From assembly GCA_002269645.1 (NCBI GenBank), contig NIVC01001186.1:123293-187292 (forward strand): 64,000 bases of DNA. The letters are read 5' to 3'. Each line of letters opens with the position of its first letter. Position 1 is the stretch's first letter. Positions 1 through 10,445 of the stretch are shown here, in pieces. Origin of the DNA: Macrostomum lignano. Lineage: Eukaryota. Under the pieces are notes generated by a model that had not been told where the DNA came from, searched no databases, and saw only the letters and a list, made by a program, of their open reading frames with translations. The translations under genes and the position numbers were made by a program.

Positions 1-1
1 A

Positions 2-193
2 GCTTGCCGGCACGCTGCACAACCCGGCCATCCGCTGATCCTGCCCCATTTGTGCGAGGTCGGACGCCCTGGTGGCCGCGGTGAAGGACCGCGTGGCCCG
101 GTGCTGCGAGGCCCCGGTGCTGCCCCCTACACCAAAGGGCGGAACCTCCGGCAGCTGCTCTGTCCCAGTCGACTGGAGTCCACCACTGATTGA
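2..193 (+). pseudogene. Possible Penelope-like element (PLE) ORF 3' remnant, frameshifted
   Basis: Stitching frames gives LILPHLCEV/SDALVAAVKDRVARCCEAPVLP/PYTKGRNLRQLLCPSRL, resembling the LPY...Y..xxNLRxLL region C-terminal to PLE RT; a PLE-type hammerhead lies ~600 bp downstream. Confidence 0.35.
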
Positions 194-782
194 ATTTTTT
201 TTATTTTTTTTCCTTTTGATTTTTTACTTCACTTTCCCTACTACTTACCTTTGTCAGACCGTGCCGGTACCTACCAAGCCTTTTATTGCTCCTTTCTTAG
301 AATTTTTTTTATTCTCATCGCTAGCCCAAGCACAGCTTTTGTATATTCTCAGCATTTATTCTGCATCTACATTTCTATTGTTTCTTGACACCCTGTTCTT
401 TTTTATTACACTTTTTACTTTTACTCTTTTGCTTATCGTACAATTGCTCTTTTTAGTTTTTGAGGGCCTGTTCACCTTTTTTATTTATTGAGGTCCATTT
501 TGTAAAGTGCTTAGAGTCACTCTTTCTTTTTAGACACCCTTTTTAGACACCGGTGCAGTCGCACCATTCCATTATTTATTTCGTGTGTAGGATCGCTGCA
601 GCCCACGTGCGGTTCACTTTATTTGTGCACTGTTTTTTATTTTGCATTTTCAACTCTAATAGTGTTTTATCGACTCACACCAAGTGTACATACCGTACGC
701 TCTCTATCTACCTGTCTACTCTCTCTCCCTCTAACCCGCCTATTTAATAACTTTTACAACACCACTTGTCGCTACTTTTCAC

Positions 783-823
783 TTGCCCTGACGAAGAATT
801 TACCTAATTCGAAATATCGGCAA
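783..823 (+). ncRNA. Minimal type I hammerhead ribozyme (Penelope pLTR type), copy 1
   Basis: TTGCC-CTGACGA-A-GAATT(tacct)AATTC-GAAA-TATC-GGCAA: stem I TTGCC/GGCAA, intact core, stem II, palindromic ATAT in place of stem III; predicted cleavage after C818. Confidence 0.8.
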
Positions 824-890
824 CTTAAATCAACTTGACTTGTTTGTCCTTTTTACATGTACCGCGTCCGTGCCTGAGATTGGAGGCGCC

Positions 891-1725
<835 letters not shown>

Positions 1726-2235
1726 CACACGGCGCCATCCACACGGAACTGTGCCTCAATCGAGACTCCGACAAACAGGGAGGTGTCCCTCCCCATGACT
1801 ACGTCTACTGGTGTCCCAGAGACTGTCACCGCCCGGACAATAGTTTCCATCTTGCAGAGACACTTCCTTTTCTTAAAAGGTGGTCTTTAGTCTGCTTTAA
1901 GTTTCGCCAAAGCCATTTGTTTCCCACAATTGCTTTGTCCCCCCCCCCGAGACAAGAGCCTTGCGTTAGGCACTTTGTTGAACAATAGTTCATAAATAAT
2001 TCATTTGGCGTTTCTACGCACCCACCCTGGCACTTGACTCTCCTTTACACAAGTAGAAACCGGCTGAAACAAGTTGGAGTAGAAAAATACTGACAAATCA
2101 GAAATTTTACAGTTTAGAAGTTGATAGAAATTTTGGCTACTAGCTTGATAAATATAGCTGTTTTGGTGTCTCAGTGTATTTTTACGTTTGTCCATGGTTT
2201 TCAAAGGCTATCTTTAAGAAGCGTTTATTAATTAT

Positions 2236-3040
2236 TAATAGACAACTTGTGTGATACAAGCCCTCACTAATAGACAACAGATGTGACACACAAGCACTCA
2301 CTAATAGACAACAGATGTGACACACAAGCACTCACTAATAGACAACAGGTGTGACACACAAGCACTCACTAATAGACAACAGGTGTGACACACAAGCACT
2401 CACTAATAGACAACAGGTGTGACACACAAGCACTCACTAATAGACAACAGGTGTGACACACAAGCCCTCACTAATAGACAACAGGTGTGACACACAAGCA
2501 CTCACTAATAGACAACAGATGTGACACACAAGCACTCACTAATAGACAACAGATGTGACACACAAGCACTCACTAATAGACAACAGATGTGACACACAAG
2601 CACTCACTAATAGACAACAGATGTGACACACAAGCACTCACTAATAGACAACAGATGTGACACACAAGCACTCACTAATAGACAACAGGTGTGACACACA
2701 AGCACTCACTAATAGACAACAGGTGTGACACACAAGCACTCACTAATAGACAACAGGTGTGACACACAAGCCCTCACTAATAGACAACAGGTGTGACACA
2801 CAAGCACTCACTAATAGACAACAGGTGTGACACACAAGCCCTCACTAATAGACAACAGGTGTGACACACAAGCCCTCACTAATAGACAACAGGTGTGACA
2901 CACAAGCCCTCACTAATAGACAACAGGTGTGACACACAAGCACTCACTAATAGACAACAGATGTGACACACAAGCGCTCACTAATAAACAACAGATGTGA
3001 CACAAGCACTCACTAATAGACAACAGATGTGAAACAAGTG
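2236..3040. repeat. 34-bp minisatellite (ATGTGACACACAAGCACTCACTAATAGACAACAG), copy 1
   Basis: Over 20 near-identical tandem units; same family at 34890-35702. Confidence 0.97.
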
Positions 3041-3245
3041 CGCACTTATGACACAAAGGAGAAATATAGAAATCGATTTTTTCGAATTCAATATCATTGA
3101 TAGAAAAATACCTAGATAGATAGATACAACTCATTATCATCAGAGTAGACTTGCTACAAAAAGTATGAAAAATTATCGAGCTCGAATTCACCGTCCAACA
3201 GATGCAAAATATTCATCAACTCGTTTATCTCTTGCACTTAAGATC

Positions 3246-4078
3246 CAGGGGTGTCGCCATGGATTTGATGGTGGGGGGACAATGCCGAAAATCCTGCATG
3301 TACACTATTTAAAAAATCGGTGTTGTCAGCGTCATTTTGGCACCGCAGGCACTCAATTTAGCGCCACAGGCACTCATTTTAGCGCCGCAGGCACTCATTT
3401 TAGCGCCGCAGACACTCATTTTAGCGCCGCAGACACTCATTTTAGCGCCGCAGACACTCATTTTGGCGCCGCAGACACTCATTTTGGCGCCGCAGACACT
3501 CATTTTAGCGCCGCAGGCACTCATTTTAGCGCCGCAGACACTCATTTTAGCGCCGCAGACACTCATTTTAGCGCCGCAGACACTCATTTTGGCGCCGCAG
3601 ACACTCATTTTGGCGCCGCAGACACTCATTTTGGCGCCACAGGCACTCATTTTGGTGCCGCAGGCACTCATTTTAGCGCCGCAGACACTCATTTTAGCGC
3701 CGCAGACACTCATTTTAGCGCCGCAGGCACTCATTTTGGCGCCACAGGCACTCATTTTGGCGCCGCAGACACTCATTTTAGCGCCGCAGACACTCATTTT
3801 AGCGCCGCAGACACTCATTTTAGCGCCGCAGACACTCATTTTAGCGCCGCAGGCACTCATTTTGGCGCCACAGGCACTCATTTTGGCGCCGCAGACACTC
3901 ATTTTAGCGCCGCAGACACTCATTTTTGCGCCGCAGACAAGCCCTCAAGCAAAATTATTGATTTCCACAACGGTTCACAAGGTTGGGGGGGACACAAAGC
4001 ATCGGCATGTTCCCCCATAGTTTTTTCTAGGGTCGGACATATCCCCCCTGTCCCCTACCTTCGGTGGCGACGCCCCTG
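3246..4078. mobile_element. MITE-like element with 14-bp TIRs (CAGGGGTGTCGCCA/TGGCGACGCCCCTG) carrying an internal 21-bp array
   Basis: Inverted termini seen; no clean TSD; a shorter, older relative without the array at ~35739-35853. Confidence 0.5.
3340..3935. repeat. 21-bp minisatellite (CACTCATTTTAGCGCCGCAGA)
   Basis: About 28 tandem units; produces spurious ORFs 3165-4097, 3309-3923 and 3337-4020. Confidence 0.97.
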
Positions 4079-4234
4079 CCCCCCCCCCTCCCAATAAGTA
4101 CATGTAGCTCGTAAATACGCGTTTTACAGATATTGTGCGGTAATTACTTAGTGGTTATTTAAAATTTGAAAAATAGTATATATAGAGAGAGATAGTAACA
4201 TTTTCTAGCATTAAGATAGCATTTTATAGCGACA

Positions 4235-4480
4235 CATTAGCCACAGATTACCAACAAATTAGCAACAGATTAGCAACAGACTAGCAACACATTAGCAACA
4301 CATTAGCAAGACATTATCAAAAGATTAGCAACACATTAGCAACAGATTAGCAACACATTACCAAAAGATTAGCAACAGATTAGCAACACATTAGCAACAC
4401 ATTAGCAACAGGTTAGCAACAGATAAGCAACAGATTAGCAACACATTAGCAACAGATTAGCAACATATTAGCAACAGATT
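4235..4480. repeat. 11-bp minisatellite (CA[G/C]ATTAGCAA)
   Basis: Tandem units; shorter orthologous array at ~38050-38130. Confidence 0.9.
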
Positions 4481-4576
4481 ATCTGATTGTTATTTGAACT
4501 CCATTATTATAAATTTTGTTAGTCCTCCGATGCAAATCTTCTCGTCTCACACTTATAGCCAAGACTGGCAGGCTTC

Positions 4577-7500
4577 TTAGTAGGTGTACAGAGCCAAAAG
4601 CATGGCATCAGCATTGCCGGCCACAGCAGCAAAGCTGCTCGGAATGACCGTTGACTGAAACAGCCAGCATTCGAGTGTGGCAGTCCTGAACAGGACGAAC
4701 AGGCAGTTGGTCATCTGCGAGCAGCGCAGCAGGCATTCAATATCCGACCTCATTTGAGTCAGAGCAGCAATAAGGCTGGTCGATGTCATCGAATAGCTTG
4801 GTTGGATTGCATTGGCAACGACTTCGTTGTCCGGGACGGCTAAAAAAATGATTATTTCATTTATTAGAATTGACAGCTGAGCAAAAACACATTATTAAAG
4901 AATGGCAACATTAGTGTATCCCCCAGTTGCACTGGTGCAGCAGGCTTTGGTTTAATTGTTTATTTCATTTATAGCATTTTGCAGTCAAGTTTGAACTGCG
5001 GGCATTCAAATTAGACAAGAAGGGAAGAGCCAAATTTCAGAATCCGTCCCCAAGTCAAGCAGAACTTTATGTCTGTGGCACAAACTGAAACACACTGACG
5101 GGCACTCAATTTAGACAACGGGCATTCAAATTAGACAAGCAGCGGAAAGTCTATGTGTGCCAGAGAGAAAGACCATGGACAATCCGATTCGTCGCTATGC
5201 AAGAATTTCCAGAGAGAAGCGTGACCTCATTATTGGGGCATGCCAACGTGGTGACTCTGTGGCTGAAATTGCCAACATGTTGGATGTCAAGAGATCATCA
5301 GTGTACAACAGACGCAACACGATCTTGAATTGCCCAGCCAATGCGCCTGAGAACTTGTCTAATTTGAATGCCCCTTGTCTAAATTGAGTGCCCACCAGTG
5401 TGATTTTGTCTAGGCCATAGATAGCATTTGTGCCAGCAGTGAGATCTGGTCAAGCGTCTAATTTGAATGCCCGCAGTTCAAACTTGACTGCAAAATGCTA
5501 TAGTTGAAACTCAGTCTATGGCAATAAATGTTTGTATAGCTTTAGCACTGGTATAAATTGGGAATATATACCATTTCTCTCCCTTATAGAAGAACCAAGA
5601 CATTGGCCATAGACAATCAAATTGGGCATGTGCAGTTAATAATAAAACAAAGTTCATCATCTGAAAACAGCAGCTTCATTACGGGCGCATTAGCCATAGA
5701 CTATAAGCTCCTGTAGCATTTCATGAAAAATATAATGTAAGGCATATGGAGGCATATTGTCCCATGACTGAGCGTGCGTTGAAAAAATTCTTCGTCACAG
5801 CACTGTACTTTATTATCTGCACGCTTTTTGTTCCTGCAGCTAGGAGTTCCTACCATAGACATTTTCTTACTGACCATAGACAATTTCTTGCTATGCACAA
5901 GCTTCTGATCGTGAGTTTGGCCCCATATGGATTCATTATTTCCTAACGGCATGAGAAGCGGCATGACGGCCGGTGAGATCTCCCACCATTTGGAGTGGGC
6001 CGACGTTGAGAAGCTTGTGGACGAGCAGTTACGTCTCCAAGCAACTAGTGTGGACGACAACGAGGAGCTGAACCGCCTATTCGACTCCATCCCTGATTTA
6101 AACGACGACTTGGCCTGGATCGACCTTGACGCATCAATCTGGGCGCTGGAGCAAGAGACCGATGTCAAATCGTCTAAGAAGCATGAGGCTCAATACGTCG
6201 CGAAATTTTGGTGTTAAATTCTGCTGTGTTTTTCCCCTTTGTTTTAATAAACGTTGCTTGCAAACTGCTGTTTTTTGTGGCGCTGTACGCTATTATCTGC
6301 GCGCTTTTTCATTATCTGCACGCTTTTTCATTATCTGCACGCTTTTTTCATTATCTGCACGCTTTTTCATTATCTGCACGCTTTTTTCATTATCTGCACG
6401 CTTTTTCATTATCTGCACGCTTTTTTCGTTTTCTGCACGCTTTTTCATTATCTGCACGCTTTTTTCATTATCTGCACGCTTTTTCATTATCTGCACGCTT
6501 TTTTCGTTTTCTGCACGCTTTTTTCGTTTTCTGCACGCTTTTTTGGCTACGCCGCATAAGGGTTGGGCCATAGACTGTAAGATTAATGCACGCTTTTTGG
6601 ACCAAAAACGCACGCTCAGTCATGGGACAGTATGAAATACATACTTCATCACTTGATTCAGCCACTCTCTCAACAGTGACTGCCGCTCAACAGGTTAATT
6701 CCCGATCTTAAATTTTAAATTCGATTCTTTTCGAATATCCTACTTACCCACGTAGACGTCAACCTCGCAGAAATTGAAGTAGACCTGAGTGCTGGCGGTC
6801 AGACCAGTTCGATTCTTGTACAGAGCCAGGTAGCGACCAACGACAGGGGACGAGCAGGTCAGGCTGATAGGATTTGTAGCATCGGTGGGCGCTCCAGTAA
6901 AGTAGAAACAACGTTTGAATAGGTTCTCGCTGAAGCTGGACCAAGCGGCCGCGTCCGATGATATGCCTGCGAGTGGCAGGAGAATTTCGGTGAGCTAAAG
7001 CTGGTTGCAAATTTTATGGAGCATGGATTATTAAGATAGCAGAATTTTCCTACCTAGGAATGAGTCATCTTGTCGATATCTGTAATTTTTGTCCAAGCTA
7101 CAGTGAGAACTGTAAAATACTGAGAACTGTAATCCTGAGAACTGTAAAATCCCAAGAACTGTAAAATCCCGAGAACTTAGGACCTCAGGACTGCAATCCT
7201 GAGAACCGTAATCCTGAGAACAGTAATCCTGAGAACTGCAATCCTGAGAAATGAGGACCTGAAGACTGTAATCCTTAGAAACTGTAACTTAAAAAATAGT
7301 ACTGTGATGATGGAAACAATGCCATTATCAGTCCTGTTTAAGAGAAACTTTCCTAGAAAGAAATTAAGACAACGAAAGCAGCTCAACTCACTCACCAAGG
7401 CTAATCTGGGTAAACCGAACCTCGTCCGCGCTATCCAGTCGGTTCCAGACATTGACCCCGGCGATTCGGTAGGACTGCAGCAGGTCCAGCATCCACCAGG

Positions 7501-9203
7501 GCACCGTGTCGCTGCCAGAGTTGCACACGCACTGAGCGGCGTTCACATAATGCCCATCAGTGTTGCCATTGTAGGCCAGCTCGGCAGACTGCACCGAAGT
7601 TAGCTGGGACGAAATTTTTGCCGGTAGAAACTTCGGCATCAGGACGGTTCGAGCTGAGCGTTGGGACGAGTTGTGTCGTTATAGAATTTATGACCTTCTA
7701 GACTAAAGTCTTGCAGAGCCGACAGCTCAGCCGCAGCCATTGCACGGCGGATCTGAAGGCTGCGTACGGCTGTTCAGTCCAAGGACTGGGGAGGAAGGGT
7801 CGCCACACACAGTCTCAATTACCCCAGCTAATGCTGGCACCCATTTTATAGCTGGTTGAACTGAAACAATGCAGATTTAAGCGTCTTGCTCAAGGACACA
7901 AGTTGTTCCCAGTGAGATTGAGAATCGAACCCCCGACTTTCGAGTCGTAAGGACTGACAATCAGAAAGTCAAGGGAGACTGTACATATGATAGCCAAGGA
8001 CCACTAGAAGAAGATGGACGGGACACTTCGTTTCTTGGAAAATTTATTAAAGGCTGATTTTCACGGAAAAATGCACTAGCGAGATAGGAACTTTTCACTT
8101 TTTCCACTTTAAAATGGTGATAGCTTTTTATTAGAAGCAGATACAAAGCTCTTCTTTTGATATAACTTACAAAACATGTTGCTTCGACGGATTTAATAAA
8201 GATTTTTTTCATGAATAATTGATCTTCATATTATTTTAGTTACTAGCTATATATCATGCAGCAATATAGTCTAAAGCTAACTAGTGACTAACTTGAATTT
8301 TACAATATCTGTTTAATCGAATGCATCTATTTATTAGCAATATATCATAAAAAACAGTTGGCTATAATTATATGCCCAATTCACTGCTTATTCATTATAG
8401 TTTTATACTTTTTATATAAAATAAGTGTATTTAAATATGTAGCTACCTTAGATATACTACTAGCTATGCCTAGACCTGGGCATATAATTATAGCCAACAG
8501 TTTTTTAATGATATATTGCTAATAAATAGATGCATTCGATTAAACAGATATTGTAAAATTCAAGTTAGTCACTAGTTAGCTTTAGACTATAATTGCTGCA
8601 TGATATAGCTAGCTAGTAACTAAAAGTCTAAAATAATATGAAGATCAATTATTCATGAAAAAATCTTGATAAAATCCGTCGAAGCAACATGTTTTGTAAG
8701 TTATATCAAAAGAAGAGCTTTGTATCTGCTTCTAATAAACAGCTATCACCATTTAAAAGTGAAAAAAGTGAAAAGTTCCTATCTCGCTAGTGCATTTTTC
8801 CGTGAAAATCAGCCTTTTAATAAATTTTCCAAGAAACGAAGTGTCCCGTCCTTTTTCTTTTAGTGTTCCTTGATGATAGCTCGTATATCAGTGGTAAGCC
8901 GCGAATGGGCATGACAGAGACTTTGGCCATAGACTACGCCTGTCTATGTCCATAGTTTCGTATTGATAGGCTGAGTCGCATTCTGAGTCTTCAATCATAG
9001 TCTATGGCCATGTTCTTATTAACACCGCTCGTGGGGGAGCGTATAAGGGGGAACCTCGTTTGGTTTGACAGTTAATTCTCATTTAGATCGTCAAAAGCGA
9101 TGCAACGACTAGATAGCTAGCTGTAAAAAATGATAAACTCACCGTCCAGACAGACGAAAGAAATATTTAACAAAGTAAACAGAAGCAGAACGAGTTTCTC
9201 CAT
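4577..9203 (-). CDS. Secreted F-type lectin (fucolectin) domain + PAN/apple domain protein, paralog 1; exons 9143-9203, 7396-7653, 6748-6966, 4577-4839 (266 aa)
   Basis: All introns GT-AG, all phase 1, open frame. Signal peptide MEKLVLLLFTLLNISFVCLD; FTLD motifs AELAYNGNTDG, PWWMLDL, VNVWNRLD, GRYL, FCEVDVY; PAN-like CLLRCSQMTNC...C; same exon structure in paralog 2. Confidence 0.85.
4972..5500 (+). mobile_element. Non-autonomous Tc1/mariner-type element with bipartite inverted repeats and an HTH remnant
   Basis: ~45-bp TIRs (TAGCATTTTGCAGTCAAGTTTGAACTGCGGGCATTCAAATTAGAC) flanked by TA; inner IR pair ~5098-5140/5353-5400; ORF MDNPIRRYARISREKRDLII...SVAEIANMLDVKRSSVY is a transposase N-terminal HTH. 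Confidence 0.75.
5758..6629 (+). mobile_element. Non-autonomous Crypton-related element with 23-bp TIRs and truncated recombinase N-terminus
   Basis: TIR TGTCCCATGACTGAGCGTGCGTT; ORF 5927-6217 (EELNRLFDSIPD...LEQETDVKSSKKHE) aligns by eye to the N-terminus of the 39909 recombinase (EELEKLFSSDPE...LERDNECHSTVSKE); internal 19/20-bp array contains CTGCACG. Confidence 0.55.
6285..6545. repeat. 19/20-bp minisatellite (CATTATCTGCACGCTTTTT[T])
   Basis: Tandem units. Confidence 0.92.
7095..7290. repeat. 15-bp minisatellite (CTGTAATCCTGAGAA), short degenerate array in lectin intron 2
   Basis: Same unit expanded at 42715-43335. Confidence 0.88.
7716..7955 (-). mobile_element. tRNA-derived SINE with CORE-like central domain (family 1)
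   Basis: Reverse-complement homolog of 12300-12560; B box GGTTCGATTC. Confidence 0.75.
7995..8872. mobile_element. Foldback MITE, nearly the whole element a palindrome, 8-bp TSD ATGATAGC, CAAGG...CCTTG termini (P- or hAT-like)
   Basis: TSD at 7987-7994 and 8873-8880; arms of ~400 bp. Confidence 0.85.
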
Positions 9204-9480
9204 GACGAGCAGGGGCTGCAATTAGAGCTGAGTTGGGCTGTCTGTCTATCAGCTGAAAAGAGAAGAGTAGGCTTAGTTTAAGAAAGGCTTCGCCCCAACT
9301 AGGCCTTAGCAACTATTTGTTGTTAGGCTTTCTAACAAACTATCTTTCTGTCCGTAAGATCTTTCATGAGGTCTTCAACCCCATCTAGCATTGGCCTACC
9401 AATGATGGGCAGGTATAGGAAATGCAGAGTACATTTACAGTGTTGTGTAAACCCGTCTGTTGAGGGATTATGTAGAGATT

Positions 9481-9540
9481 ATAGCCTAGTGGTTAGAGCG
9501 TCGGACTCACGACTGGAAAGTCGGGGGTTCGATTCGCGTT
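9481..9540 (+). mobile_element. Isolated tRNA-like SINE head (A box TAGCCTAGTGG, B box GGTTCGATTC)
   Basis: Similar to the head of SINE family 1; no convincing acceptor stem. Confidence 0.55.
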
Positions 9541-10079
9541 GCGTGTCGCCGACTGTGCGACAATGTCACTTAAAGTCCCGTTCCTAATGAAAAATTTGAC
9601 TGCCTATCAAATATTCAAAAAATACAAAATATATATTTCCAACATTTCCAAATCGTAGATAGGCTAAGGAAGTTAAACATCAAGAGCTGGTATAGACATA
9701 AAGTATTGAATGATTGCATAAAAGTTGGGAGAGAGACGAAGGCTAATTTTTTGTAAGTAACACGCCGATGACGAGTACTGGGAGTCTGTGTTGACTTCTC
9801 CTAGCCCACCTGCCCCTACTGCTATGTGCCAGTATCATTTTCTCATGGAGTCCGCTATGGAAATTTGTCATATAATTTAGGAACAGCATTCACCTAAAAG
9901 CTCTGTAACCAATAGCAACAAAAACCTGTCCTATACACTCTCTTCGCAGGAAAGAATTTCCTCAAACATTTTTTTATTAAGAGCCCGCGCTACTGAAAGG
10001 GGGCCTCAGGCGCTCTCAAAAGACTTCCTACTCAGCTAAAAAAAAGTCTTGAATCCTACCCCAAGCGTACCCACGCATC

Positions 10080-10445
10080 TGACGTACTGTGCTCTCTGGG
10101 ATTTGGTCGGCAGTTTTCTTGGTGACAATCTACTCGGAGCCTCGGCGACTGAGCCTGCAGCCATTTGCTCGGCTTCGTCTGCCAGTTCGTGGAGCCGCCT
10201 GCCGCAACCAAGTCAGCCGGCTGCTGGACTCCAGCTGAGTTCAAGATCGAACCCGGAACGACACTTACTACTGCTACGATGAGCTGCAGCCGGTGGACTC
10301 GCTGAAAGCCTGCCTGATACGAGCCTCCCTGTGTGGCAGCAGGTGCCGCAGCGCTCTGCGTACAACAGCCGGCTGGCCGCCTGCCGCCTGCTGCAGTTCG
10401 CCGACGCTCCGGTCGACCCGAAAATCGAGAGCAGCCTGGACTTGG
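10080..10445 (+). pseudogene. Possible frameshifted PAN/apple-like secreted protein remnant
   Basis: Stitched frames give SLKACLIRASLCGSRCRSAL/YNSRLAACRLLQF with PAN-like Cys spacing; GC-rich; needs frameshifts. Confidence 0.3.

Noticed and set aside
1726-1830. Peptide GAIHTELCLNRD resembling a GIY-YIG C-terminal LNRD motif
   Set aside because: Too short, no upstream GIY/YIG motifs, and absent from the paralogous block
2236-3040. CRISPR-like 34-bp repeats (also the 25-bp and 31-bp arrays)
   Set aside because: Head-to-tail units with no unique spacers, no cas genes, eukaryotic context
7961-8863. Duplicated ORFs IKSVEATCFVSY... on opposite strands
   Set aside because: Mirror images from the two arms of a foldback MITE
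9481-9540. tRNA gene (also ~12300, 33770-33830 and 47455)
   Set aside because: A and B boxes are present but no complete cloverleaf; three of the four continue into SINE bodies
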